Of a stretch of DNA of 64,000 nt, positions 1 through 13,955 are shown in pieces. Position numbers and translations under genes: made by a program. Origin of the DNA: Eledone cirrhosa (lineage: Eukaryota); assembly GCA_964016885.1 (NCBI GenBank), contig OZ024742.1:46748001-46812000 (forward strand). The letters run 5' to 3'. The notes under the pieces were generated by a model, which worked only from the letters and a program-made list of their open reading frames with translations, did no database searches and was not told the origin of the DNA. How positions within the stretch are numbered: the first letter of the stretch is position 1; each line of letters opens with the position of its first letter.

Positions 1-3000
1 CACTGGTATTGTTTTAGTTCTCAATTTCCACATTTTTCCAATTTCTATCTCCAGGTCCTTATACTTGCTCAATTTTTCAAATGTTTTTATAGATACATTC
101 TTGTCTGTTGGAACGGACATATCAATTAGCAGGCATACCCTTTTTTAAAGTCCTTCAGTATTATATCAGGTCTATTTGCATCTATTTTTCGGTCTGTTTG
201 GATGCTAAAGTTCCACAACATTGACATGTGATCTTTTTCAAGTACGGGAGGTGGTTGATGCTTCCACCAATTCTTTTGATGGGGCAGGTCAAAATGCTTA
301 CACATTATCCAATGTATGTATTGTGCAGCTCCGTCATGCCTGTTCAGGTATTCGGTTGGAGCTATAGGACTGCACATTAACATTATATGATCAATGGTCT
401 CTGGTTGTTTTTTACATACACGGCATAATGAGTTTCATCCATTTTTTATTATGTCGGCTTGGTAAATTTTATTGGCAGACACTGATCTTGTGCTGATATA
501 ATCAGTCCCTCAGTCTCCGATTTCAATCCAGAGGATGCCAACCACTGATGGGTTAAAGTTTTGTCAACATCAGGATTGTTAGCTCTTTCTGGGTATTTTC
601 CATACAGAGGCTTTTCTTGCCATTTCGTAGCCAGTTTCTGTAGCAGTTCTTTCTTTGTAGTTACTTTTACCTACTTTGCTTTTTCTGTGTTTTTTATTTC
701 AGCAGTAAATGGGACTTTTGAAATGTGTAGTCCATTACTGTATCTTTGTGCATCTTTTGTAATGGAGTATGATCTTTTGATGCTTTCGTGTTTCAAAACG
801 AGTTTCATCATCCAATCATGTGATTCCCTTAGATATGTAGATAATCCAATTGTTTCAGCTTTCAACGCAATATCTAACTGGATTAACCTACGTCCTCCTT
901 CTTTCTTAGGGAGATATATTCTATCTGTATCTCCCTTAGGGTGATGCATTTTGTGCATGGTTAAGAATTTTCTAATTTTTGTATCGAGCCTACGGATCTC
1001 TGTGCTTGACCAGTTGATGATATTGTAACTATATGTTACTACTTGTATGTCAAGCGTTTTTATGGCATCGATCCTATTCCTGGCATTCAATTCCGTTCTT
1101 AAGATTGCTCTTACTCTGCGGTAACATTCCTTCCTTATCCTTTCCCTCATGGTCGAGTGCTTGATTCCGTCTCCTTCACAAACACCTAGATATTTGTAAG
1201 TTCCCTCTTGATCAAGTTCTCTTATCACATTCCCCCCATCAAGATTAATGTCTGAACTTTTCAGGTGAACGTTGATTTGGCGCAATTATCTAGTCCAAAC
1301 TCCATTTTAATGTCTTCACTGAATTGCTTCTCAGTGGATAATAGCCCTTGTAATTGTTCATCATTTTTTGCAAATAGTTTCAGGTCATCCATGTAGAACA
1401 AGTGATTAATGGTTTTGTCATAGACTTTATATCCATGTTTTGTTTCATTGAGCATTTTACTTAATGGTATAAGTGCGATGCAGAATAAAAGCGGTGATAT
1501 TCATGCTGAATGACAGGAACCTCCTGACAACGGGAGATATTTTGAAAATCTCTAAACATTTTTCAATCCAACTGTGTGGCAAACTATTAAATGCTTTTTT
1601 ATATTCTATCAAAGCAATTGATAGATTTTTTGTGTTTATTATGACAATCTTCCAGTATCATTTTGTTAACCAAAAGCTGATCTTTACAGACATATGAGCC
1701 TCGTTTACACCCTTTCTGCTCATTGGGAAATATATTATTTGTTATCAGGTGGTCATATGTATATTCAGTTAGGACTGATGTTAAAATTTTAAACATTGTG
1801 GTCAAGCAAGTTATCGGTATGTAATTTTTGGGATTGTTTGTCTCATCACTCTTCGGAAGTAGGAATGTAATGCCATTAACTAGCCATGATGATATCTTTT
1901 CTGGCTCCTTATCTATTTCATTGTAAAGTTGGGCTAACAGCTCATGAGACTCTGTGAAGGCATTTATCCAAAAATTTGGTATTTTGTCTTTTCCTGGGGA
2001 TTTACATTTGCTGGTTTTTCTAAGAGCCAACGCAACTGTTCAACTGTTTTATTTTCACATGTTTGTTCCTCAAGGTGAGCTGTATCTTTCATTTGTCTGT
2101 CTATCCATGGGGCATGTATATTATGAACTTTTTTTTCGGCCCAGATCTTTTCCCAGAATTCTTGCACTTCCTCCTTGGGTGGTATTGATTTAGCAGTTAT
2201 TGTTGACTTACCAATTTTTCTGTAGAAGTTTCTTTGGTTGTTTTTGAACATATTGTCCTTATAGAATCAAGATCGTTTTTCAAAGCGCCTTATATGAGCA
2301 GCTTTGGCCGACACTTTTTGCTTAATTATTTCTATCAGCATGTCTGTCACTTTTTGATTTTATACTGTGTTTTCTTTTCAATTTTCTAAGTTTAGTTTGT
2401 TTAACATGTTCACCTACTTTGTAGCTTGTTAAAATTTCTATGTCAGATCGGAGAAGGTTTATTTGGCGATTGATGTTCTTTTGCCAAGTAGATTTCTTGT
2501 GGGAATTCCTTTGTTTTTTTATTTTCACTCCACATAAGTGAGTGGTGACTTTAGCCGATGCATTATAGAGCTGATTTAGATCAGTAATGTTTAGTTTGTT
2601 TGTGATGATAATGTTTTTGAGAATTATGTTAGTCTTGTGTATTATCTTTTGGTTCTGTTTGGAGTTCTGGATCTTAGGGAGAGTGTCTCGTTCCCCCATG
2701 TCAGATTCTTTCATTTTCATCCATTCGATCATAATTTCATCCTTCAAGTTGGCAAGTTCATTCTCATTCATTTCTTTATCATTTATGATCTCATTGTTTT
2801 CATTTTGAGTTTCATCTTGAGCATGCACTCCCTCCTCTTTTTCGATCCTTTCTTTAATTTGTTCTGCTGTCAGTGATTCCGCCCCAACCCTGGGATTCGA
2901 AGTGTTACAATTTACCTCGTTTTCACTGACACATGTTTCATTTCCCTTCGCTGACTTTGTGCTAATAGCTTGCTCTGATCAATTTCTATATCAGTTAGTA

Positions 3001-3545
3001 ACTTTTTTTTAACAATATTTCTATATTGGCTAGTTTGTTACTGTCAATATAGCCTCTATTTTAGGGATGTTTCTTTTTCCAATTGATATATGTCTGTTCT
3101 ATATTCGATCTATTTGATGGGTAGTACATAACAGTGTAGAAAACCTCAATGACTTCTTTATTGTCTTCCCTTGGACATTTTTCTCTCTTTTTCTTTGGAT
3201 TTCTTGGTGGTGAGATAGTAGGAGTATTCCGGTTATGGGAGGTCTCCAGCTCCTAAGTGATGGGAAGATTTGAACCATTAGCTGATTTTTCGACCCCAGT
3301 CTGGTTCCTCTCTGAGGGACGCGGCCCTTTTTGACCCGGATGACGGCCGATCCGGTATGAGATTTTATCATTTGACATTTACTTTATTTTGTTGCGTTTT
3401 ATCCTTAACCACCAAGGGGTAATCATTTCGTGTTACCTCTTCTAGGACGAGTGTCAACCAAGACTAGAGGGGCTGTCCTCCCCTAGTGACACGGCTATTC
3501 GCCGCCGGCCGCCATCCCGGCAATTCTTGGTCACGGGGTTTTCTT
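1..3545 (-). mobile_element. R4/Dong-clade non-LTR retrotransposon, frameshifted; runs off the window start
   Basis: Minus-strand ORF pieces give KSPGKDKIPNFW, PITCL..EQKGC..DQLL, HLFYMDDLKLF and YKYLG (RT). These are followed by RHD..YIHW..C and IQTDRKIDANRPDI (restriction-like endonuclease). GC-rich 5' leader at 3400-3545. Confidence 0.9.
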
Positions 3546-4470
3546 TTTTTTTTTTTTTAAATTGTTATTATCATCAGTGGTTCCTTAATGTGAGCATTGC
3601 GTGGCTTAAGAATGAAATTATTATTAATAATATAATATACTTTTTGTTGAAGTTGCCTGTTGTTGTTGTTAGGTATATCGGTGGTGGTGCTGGGGCTTTT
3701 TCTATTGTTGGTGGGGAAGGGGGAGCCATCAGTGCCATAGTCGTTGACGTTTGACCGGGTCACTAAGTCAGTCTATTTATATCTTTTGCTAGCCTCTCCC
3801 TTGTCTAGTGATACCGCCACCTCCTCCTTTCTTAAGTTAACAGAAGGTAATGGGGGAATAGTGGTGGTAGCAATGAAGGAGTGGTGGCGGCGGTGATGGG
3901 ATAGTGGTAGCAATGATGGAGTGGTGGCGGCGGTGACTATAGTGATGGCGTTGTCGTTACTGAGTTCTGTTGAATAGACTGTAGTAGGATGCGTTTGTTT
4001 GATCTCTATATCTATGTTTAATATATGTGTTGACATATTCTCTTAATATTTGAATTAAACATTTTGAGAACATTTGAGATACAATAATAGTAATTATTAT
4101 TATTATGCTGGGATTGGTGGATGGTGGTGGTGAAATTGCCTTTATCTGGCTGTTGTATTTAGTGTACACAGAGGGGTGATGGGATAGGTGGTGTATCTAG
4201 GTTGTTGTGGTGGTGAAATTGCTGTTATTTGGCTGTTCTATATCGTGTAGTCAGAGGCGGCTTTCTTCCATTTATAACCATTTTCTTCTTTGAATATAAA
4301 ATTTATAATACAAAATTGAATATTCGAGCGATATAACAGGATATTATGGGTACTCATTTCCTGAGAGCCAAGCTTGGTGCTTTATGTCCCACTTGTACTA
4401 AGAATTGTTATATCACAATTGTTTTAAATATGTTAAAAATAAAAAAACTTACGGGAGCGATTCCATAACA
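3546..4470 (-). mobile_element. Probable 5' remnant (UTR and low-complexity ORF1) of an L1/Tx1-type LINE
   Basis: Minus-strand start TCGCTCCCGTAAGT.. resembles TCGCTCCCAGTAAGT at about 49385 (5' end of the Tx1 copy). It is followed by similar T/N/P-rich low-complexity sequence. Confidence 0.35.
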
Positions 4471-4944
4471 CTCTATCCACTATGTGCGTCCTCTTTGATG
4501 TTGAGTCTTTCGAGACGTGGTATACATTACTTCTGCAATTTCTTTTTTATTATTTCCATTGTTACACAAAGTGATATTTGAACAGTATTTACCATTTCAT
4601 AGATAAAATAGCAAGGATCTTAGGGAGCTGGTAAGTTTTTTTTGCATTTGGAGCCCGTAGGGACTAAAGCAATTTTTGTTTATCAAACAACCCCCTCAAT
4701 CTTTTACGAAAATTAAGATCGCAGACAAAGATTTTGCATCCGCTGAACAGAATCGCCGGTTGTCCAATGGAACAGCAAAGATTCACAAAGCATTGACAGC
4801 AGCAGCACGAACAACAACAGCAGCAGCAACCAAAACGCATTTGCACGTGCAGTAGCCGCAAATAAATTTCCACCACTGCCAATATCTACCACTGTCAACG
4901 CCGACGCCCTACTGGAACGACAGTAAGCACAACCAAAGCAAATT

Positions 4945-6130
4945 GCCTAAGAAACGAGGAAACGAAATCTACTCGATGGGCCCGCGTGACAGAGGCACAG
5001 TGAGGAAACAAATCCTTAATTCGGTCTTAGACGGACCGAGACGGACACGTGCTGATCGATACCAATCTTTTTCCTAGCACTTTGCATGACTTTCAGAGGA
5101 AATACGGGTTATTGGAGCTGGTTGTGGATCTCAGTTCCTACCTCGACGGCCAACAGAAACTATCGGTGACTGATGTAGAGTGCTACGTTTCGAAATCCCT
5201 GACTGACTGTACGAGGGGCATATCGACCGGGTTCGATGGTCTGCCTTATAAATCTTACGTAGATATGCCAGACTTATACACCGATTTCCACCAAACCAGC
5301 TTCTGCAACTGGCAGCGGAATGGGAGAAGTCCTAGTTTGGTGAGTCGTGGTGTAGTAACAATGATGAGAAAAGGTGAGGACAAGAGCGATGTTTTAGGCA
5401 TCTTCAAGACCATAACTCTGCGAAACACAGTTTAGAGAAAGCTAAAACGTTGATAGGAGCAAAGATCAAGCCGAAAAAGTTGTTGGGACGTGTGAAGTTG
5501 CTAGAGGTCTGATTTGAGCCATTTCTCCTGCTAGATAAAAACTGGGATTATGTTACAAGCAGGGTCACTCTCACCCAGAAATGAGCCAAGAGGTAGGTAT
5601 TTGTCAACTGAATGCGCTTCTCGGCCACCTTCGTTTGGCCGGGAAAGGCATGCAGTTTTCCTCCGCCTGTTAGCTGTAGCGAAAGAGGTTGTATGGTGGT
5701 CACGGCTGTAAGAACTGAAGAATGACACCTTCGGCGAAGTGCTCATCAGTTTTCCAAGTTCCACTTGGAATAGGAGGTGAGGGTGGAGAGGCAAATGATG
5801 CCCTTCAGTACATTTATGATAAGATGGGGGTATGTAGCGAGGATGGCCTTTTTGAATGGGCCTACTCTGATCATGCATCTGAAGGCAGGATAATTTGGAT
5901 GGAGAGGGGTGCCCACCTAGGGTACTCTTGGTGAGTGGGTTTAGAATTGGTGGAGTTCTCTTGTATCACTCCTAATTGGTACTCCCCTCTAATGAGGAAT
6001 TTCATTGTTAGGTACTTTGTTAATCTTTTGCTATCTGTTATGTTTTTTACTCGATTTGTCTTTGGAAATCCCCGCTGTCCCTGTCTTTCGTATTGTTTAG
6101 GCCCTTGTGTTCGACAATAAATGATTATGA
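4945..6130 (+). mobile_element. Internally deleted L1/Tx1-type LINE
   Basis: ORF 5049-5435 (GFDGLPYKSY, CNWQRNG, ITLRNT) is homologous to 47725-48075. 5560-6130 matches the 3' ORF end and UTR of the 44.3-46.5 kb copies and ends GGCCCTTGTG..AATAAATGATT. Confidence 0.85.
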
Positions 6131-6164
6131 ATTTGATATCTCAGTCATTGATGTTATTTAACCA

Positions 6165-6480
6165 GAAGATTTGACCAAAGGAACATCTAAGGACGAATCA
6201 GAGGGTCCTTTCTGTTCCCAGTAGACATGACCTTTGAAGTGTTCCAAAAGAGTGACTGGGCTAATCCTCTTTAGCCAGTCTTGGAAACTCTTCAAGATAG
6301 TATCTAGTGCTCCAATGATAATGGGGACGACCTTCATCTCATGACTGTCCCGAATTAGATCCGTGGATCGGTTAATCTTCTACTTCTTTTCTTGTAAATT
6401 TGTATCAAAAAGGGCAAGCTACATCTACAATCAAGCAGGATTGTTTTCCTTGTCAGAATCCGCCAGGTCAGGCTTATTGT
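6165..6480 (-). mobile_element. 3' fragment of a restriction-like-endonuclease LINE (R4-like)
   Basis: Manual minus-strand translation gives KPDL, LIVDVACPF, MKVVPIIIGALDTI and LLGT. Confidence 0.65.
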
Positions 6481-6919
6481 GTTCTAAATTTTTTAACCTT
6501 TTTGTATTCTGAAATAGAAGCAAAGAAAGTTCAACAATTCTAGAGAGATTATGAGAATCAGGTGTAATTCTAAATATATTAACCAAGAATAATGAAAGAA
6601 ATGTTTCACAGTCGGTGTATCAAAAACAGTTTAACTGTATATGTTGATACTAATATATTGCGAATGATTTGTAACACAAAAAATGTCAAGATATACGCAT
6701 TTCTGTTTGATAACTCTTAAGTATGGCATAAAACGGCATAGAACAGCATAAATCATTGAATGCATATTGAATGACTTTTACGACTAGTTAGATCTCAACA
6801 AAAATAGAAATAGCATATTAAATAAATATTTACAATTTATACAAGAAGGCTGTCTAGTATGAAATATGGCAACAAAATATAGTGCAGCACAAACATATAA
6901 CTACGGCAGCCGCCATTGC

Positions 6920-7197
6920 TAATCGAATATGTCTTGGTAGTACCATGCCTTCAGTGATGGCTGTAGATGCTCATTCAAACACGAACAGACATAAACACCT
7001 TCTCGACCGTCTCTCATTTGATCTGACATAACACCCAGGTGATGATAGCAAGAAGAAAAGAGCTGCCTCAGCACTGGGCGGGAAATGTCTTTCTCGACCC
7101 TGCAACTATGAAAGAAAAATAGACAATGACAGGATTTGAACGCAGAACACAAAGGCCAGGAACAAATAACTAACGCCATAACGACTTTGCCAAACAA
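6920..7197 (-). mobile_element. Degenerate tRNA-derived SINE
   Basis: Minus strand has TGGCAAAGTCG (A-box-like) and GCGTTCAAATCC (B-box), resembling the head of the SINE family elsewhere in the window. Confidence 0.4.
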
Positions 7198-7366
7198 ATG
7201 TATGTATGTATGTATGTATGTATGTATGTATTTATGTATGTATGTATGTATGTATGTATGTATATATAGTGGTAGAACACTGGAAGGTAATATCCGTAGT
7301 GGTAGAGCACTCAGTCCATGGGACGAGTTTGGTAGAAGTGGTTACACAACAGTTAGTTCACCATAC

Positions 7367-7404
7367 CGAGAACAATTGTTTCACCGTAGCGGATCCTCAG
7401 CTCG
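7367..7404 (-). ncRNA. Minimal type I hammerhead ribozyme
   Basis: CGAG-CUGAGGA-UCCG-CUA-CGGU-GAAA-CAAUUG-UU-CUCG: stem I CGAG/CUCG, palindromic stem III ACAAUUGU, GUU cleavage triplet. Confidence 0.8.
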
Positions 7405-7409
7405 TATTA

Positions 7410-7447
7410 CGAGCTGAGGATCCGTTAAGGTGAAATAATTGTTCTCG
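7410..7447 (+). ncRNA. Minimal type I hammerhead ribozyme (mirror copy, slightly diverged)
   Basis: CGAG-CUGAGGA-UCC-GUUAA-GGU-GAAA-UAAUUG-UU-CUCG. Confidence 0.7.
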
Positions 7448-7474
7448 ATATGGTGAACTAACTGTTGTGTAACC

Positions 7475-8485
<1,011 letters not shown>

Positions 8486-8663
8486 ATATATATATATATG
8501 TGTGTGTGTATATATATGTGTGTGTATATATATATACATATATATTTATATATATACAGACACACACATATATATATATATATACATATATATATACACA
8601 CATATATATACACACACACACATATATATATATATATACATATATATATACACACATATATAT

Positions 8664-8715
<52 letters not shown>

Positions 8716-8720
<5 letters not shown>

Positions 8721-9030
8721 ATGGTGAAACGCGATTCCTTTAAGATTTGCTAAATCTGACCTTTTTCTTTTATTTCTTCTCCCAGTTTCATTAGTTGTTG
8801 ACAGTAAACATCTGAAATGATTGTTTGGTTCCTTGGAAGCAGCTCAAAATACACGACACTTTTGTAATCCCATCAAATTGACAATATGAGCTTGTTTTTA
8901 TGCAATTCAGCTTTCGATTTGGTTTATACTCGTTTATTAGGCTTGGACCATCATCCTTTTCGATTGATGTTATTGAAGACAATCCATTTTTCATCACCAG
9001 TGATGATTCGTTTAAAAAAAAGGTCAATTT
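8716..9030 (-). repeat. Inverted duplicate of the mariner segment ~8175-8485
   Basis: Reverse complement of the mariner 3' part with scattered mismatches. It is separated from the original by a TA/CA microsatellite, and both copies end at CACCATGAC. Confidence 0.9.
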
Positions 9031-9867
9031 CATACATACATATATATATATATAATTCTTCGCATTAAAGACCAGATACCCCCGGCAAGCGTGTACAATA
9101 ACTAAAATAAATTATTGGGATAAAAAGATTTGGGTGGTGAAAGAGAGACAGGTGAACAAACATGAATGGTTAGGCAACGTAAAGAGAGGAAAATGAGAAA
9201 ATCAAGTCAGTGATTCATTTGAACATAAGAACTTATATATATCTGTGTGTGTATATATAAATATATGGAGGAATGCAGTGTGTGTAGTGTTCTGTATACT
9301 AAGTACAGTTGCAGAATTGCCTCACAGATGCAATACATAGGGCTAAGAAAATATACAAACCCATATTGCTTTTCATATAGTTCGCCATGCGTAAACCATT
9401 CGCTATTATTAGTTGGATGGGCTTAGATCTTGATGAAGTTGTTTTTAAGTCTCGATATCACATATTTGATTCCCTACTATATATGTCTCGATACTTATAC
9501 GTACACTTATATGTTTTAATACTCTAAATATTCCATAATTGCTAGTCTCTTTACTAAAATGTCTGATGTTTTATAGACATTAATTGGTCTAGACAAATTT
9601 AACATTATCAAAACATATGTAGAAAACATTATTTTATTCTATCCCCATGTGATCTGTGGTGGATTGTCAGCCTGCAAATATTCTACAGACAAAGCTATAT
9701 TAATTCGATTCAATGGCGCTGTTTCCATCTGGCTTGTAATTCTACCGAAGATTAGACATTATTCAAATTCTCTAACTGATGTTATACACTAAGTGCAAAA
9801 TGTCTATTTACGTTGTTATACATAAACATTATATAAGCTTTCATTTACGCCTCTATTATGTATATAT

Positions 9868-9987
<120 letters not shown>

Positions 9988-10197
9988 GTGTGTATGTATA
10001 TGTGTATGCATATAAATAATTCATTTATAAGAATATTCATTTGCATATAATGCCAGGCAAGAAATAACGCGCTAGTAATAATTAAGATTAGCAGTAGCAC
10101 TAATGTGATATATGGAAGCATATACAATATCGCATAACCACTTCTGAAACAGCGAGTCCTAAGTATGTTTGCTATACTTAAACATATTATATAGCTT

Positions 10198-10381
10198 GGT
10201 GAATTAGCAGTATCGGTAGAGAGTCGGACGCCATGTTTTCCAGCATAGATACGTCTCTTTACGGACTGAGTTCAAATCCCGCCGAGGTTAACATGCCTTT
10301 TACCCTTACGGGGTCGATAAAATAAAGTACCACTAATGTACTGGGTATTTGCTAGCCTTGTGCCAAAAGTAAAAACAATTA
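10198..10381 (+). mobile_element. tRNA-derived SINE with Meta-like central domain
   Basis: A-box, B-box GAGTTCAAATCC, CCTTACGGGGTCGATAAAATAAAGTACC core; TSD ATTATATAGCTT. Confidence 0.85.
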
Positions 10382-10399
10382 TATAGCTTATATACATAT

Positions 10400-10685
10400 A
10401 TTTATTAAAACAACAGATTAAAGTTTAAGCAAAGAATCGCTGCTTTCACCCTTAACGGGATCTTCTGAAACATATATATTATGCTTATGGATCCCTCTTC
10501 AGATTTTAGTCTTCAGATTTATTATTATTACTGCATATATATAGTAATATATATATTATATATATAGTAATAATAATAAATGTGAAGACTAAAATCCGAA
10601 GAAAGCTCGATAAGGATAATATATATGTTTCAAAAGATCCCGTTAAGGGTGAAAGCAGCCATTCTTTGCTTATACTTTAATCTGT
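10400..10685. mobile_element. Fold-back insert with hammerhead-like motif (CAGAAGA core variant)
   Basis: Arms ~10413-10532 / 10566-10685 around a TA-rich centre. Left arm, minus strand: GUUU-CAGAAGA-UCCC-GUUAA-GGGU-GAAAGCA..UGCUU-AAAC. Confidence 0.7.
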
Positions 10686-11111
10686 ATATATATATATAGT
10701 CTACCAGGTTTGTTATAACTTACTTATCCTATTTTCTCACGGTTACACATTTGCTTGTTTCTGTGTCCTGTGTCTTCCCACGATGGGATTTGTTCACCTG
10801 TTTTTTCTCCTTTTTTTCCCCTTTTCTCTTTCTTCCTCTCTCCTCACCACCTTTTCCCCTATGTTCTTCTTCCTCTTTTCCTTATTTTTCCTTCTTTTTT
10901 CTCTTCACTTCTTCCTGGCCTTCTGATTTAGAGAGGGCTCGAGCGCGCCGCGGATGGCTACAAATGTCCTGTAAATAAGCTCGAAACATCTGGATCGCGG
11001 TTTACAGCTGACGAAGGATTCTTTCTTCTTTTCTCCTCTTGTTCCATCCAAACCTCCATCCTAAACCATGTTTTTAGTAACCACACAGCTCCTTTCGTTT
11101 CTTCTCATTAC

Positions 11112-11194
<83 letters not shown>

Positions 11195-11391
11195 ATAACT
11201 GATAATCCTCAGCGAAATGTTGATTGCGGATTTTAATACGCCAAAACTAAATGAATATGGCCTCGGATTTCCATTAATATATAATGCTCCGGCTTACACC
11301 TTTATACACGTCGTTGAGCACTTTCCTATATCTACTTCACAACCGACAGCCCATTAGGTGGTCCGTACATCCTCTTCGGTTAACCCCTTAC

Positions 11392-11422
<31 letters not shown>

Positions 11423-11966
11423 TATATATATATAGTTAAAAGAATAGAGGTGTAACACACAAGTTATTATATATTGGTAAACGGAATAGAAAATGCTGAC
11501 AAATTGTTCACAGTTGAAAAATGGTTTAATTAGGAATAAAAGAGTATTAGTGATTGTATGGGTTAGTATTCAGTTGTGGTTTTAAGTTTTTAAGTTTTTA
11601 CCGGTTGCGCATTTCTAAATGCTTTTCAAAAATAATTTTGAGATAGAGTGTCCATGCTGTTTGCTCTGATCTGATTAGCTTTGGGAATTCTACCTGTTTT
11701 TATGTTAAAAAAGTGGCTCCAGCGTTATTTTTGTGTTGCAAAAATGCTTGTGGTCAAAACAATTTTGATTGGTCGGTAGAGGTCATGTGAATGTAAAAAG
11801 TTGATTTTGCGCCAAGACTGTTTTTATGTTAAAAAAGTGGCTCCAGCAAAAATTCTTGGTCAAAACAATTTTGATTGGTCGGTAGAGGTCATGTGGATAA
11901 AAAATTGGTTTTGCGCCAAGATTGAGAAATGACTCTTTCACAACAAATATGTGTGTGTGTGTGTGT

Positions 11967-12019
<53 letters not shown>

Positions 12020-12134
12020 GCAGAGTAATTCGATGGTCAGTAAGAATGTGTCTGAAAGCAATGGGGGGGGGGGGGGGGGGTATTTCAGCATGTCAAAAGA
12101 TATTTTTCAGCTTTTGTCTTATACGGAGAAGTGC

Positions 12135-12169
<35 letters not shown>

Positions 12170-12559
12170 AGTCTCTTTGTATGTTGATGTACGCGTGTGT
12201 ATGTGTTTGTGTATATATGTTTGTGTGTGTGTGGGTGGACCAGTATTTTTTTCCACCTGATAAAATGGTGTACATTATTCGATTTTTTCAGTAAAATCGG
12301 TTCTCTTAATAGAACATCAAAAATCTTAACAATAAAAAAGGTGTGAAATGATATTCACTATATATATATACACATACATATATTCACTACATATATATAT
12401 ATATATATATACATATATACATACATATATATGCACATATATTTTTTTGTATTGCACCATAGAGCATGTGTGTTTACGTGTGTCATTGTGTTTATATGTG
12501 GGTAGAGATGTGTGCTGATGTAGGTATGTATGTTGACGTGTGTATGTTGTGGGTTCGTC

Positions 12560-12752
12560 TTAGGGAGAAGTGTTTAGACGGGGTCCGTATTTGTTAATGA
12601 AGTAAGATTCCTTGCTGATGCGCTGGGTGTGGGTGGCATTATCTTTAAATTTATAGAGGGGAAAGATTCTGAAGTTGGGATGATTTTGGGCGGCACAGGT
12701 ATCAATGTGTTCACTCAGTGGTATTTTCCTGTATTCCCGTATTTTAATTTGG
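12560..12752 (-). pseudogene. PLE GIY-YIG endonuclease C-terminal fragment
   Basis: Manual translation QIKIREYRKIPLSEHIDTCAAQNHPNFRIFPLYKFKDNATHTQRISKESYFINKYGPRLNTSP*, showing the typical H..R..E..FI....P.LN end. Confidence 0.8.
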
Positions 12753-12997
12753 GATCTTTCCCCTCTACAAATTTAAAGATAATGCCACCCACACCCAGCG
12801 CATCAGCAAGGAATCTTACTTCATTAACAAATACGGACCCCGTCTAAACACTTCTACCTAAGACGAACCCACAACATACACACGTCAACATACATACCTA
12901 CATCAGCACACATCTCTACCCACATATAAACACAATGACACACGTAAACACACATGCTCTATGGTGCAATACAAAAAAATATATGTGCATATATATG

Positions 12998-13036
<39 letters not shown>

Positions 13037-13180
13037 AATATATGTATGTGTATATATATATAGTGAATATCATTTCACACCTTTTATTGTTAAGATTTTT
13101 GATGTTCTATTAAGAGAACCGATTTTACTGAAAAAATCGAATAATGTACACCATTTTACCAGGGGGAAAAAAATACTGGT

Positions 13181-13219
<39 letters not shown>

Positions 13220-13385
13220 CACAAACACATACACACGCGTACATCAACATACAAAGAGACTTATACACACACACACACACACGCACTTCTCCGTATAAGA
13301 CAAAAGCTGAAAAATATCTTTTGACATGCTGAAATACCCCCCATTGCTTTCAGACACATTCTTACTGACCATCGAATTACTCTGC

Positions 13386-13502
<117 letters not shown>

Positions 13503-13574
13503 ATCTTAATAGCCATTTGACACACATCGCTGCTGGCCATTGTCGCAGCATCGAACACCTTACTACTACTACTA

Positions 13575-13612
<38 letters not shown>

Positions 13613-13670
13613 ACACACACACACATACACACACACATATATTTGTTGTGAAAGAGTCATTTCTCAATCT

Positions 13671-13826
13671 TGGCGCAAAATCAATTTTTTATCCACATGA
13701 CCTCTACCGACCAATCAAAATTGTTTTGACCAAGAATTTTTGCTGGAGCCACTTTTTTAACATAAAAACAGTCTTGGCGCAAAATCAACTTTTTACATTC
13801 ACATGACCTCTACCGACCAATCAAAA
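13671..13826 (+). promoter_or_regulatory. Duplicated E2F-like / E-box / CCAAT cassette in a PLE terminal repeat (mirrored at ~11765-11918)
   Basis: TGGCGCAAAA..CACATGAC..GACCAATCA occurs twice, 104 bp apart. Confidence 0.45.
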
Positions 13827-13955
13827 TTGTTTTGACCACAAGCATTTTTGCAACACAAAAATAACGCTGGAGCCACTTTTTTAACATAAAAACAGGTAGA
13901 ATTCCCAAAACTAATCAGATCAGAGCAAACAGCACTGACACTCTATCTCAAAATT

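Noticed and set aside
10198-10290. tRNA genes at A/B-box motifs
   Set aside because: No cloverleaf; they are SINE heads followed by core, tail and TSD.
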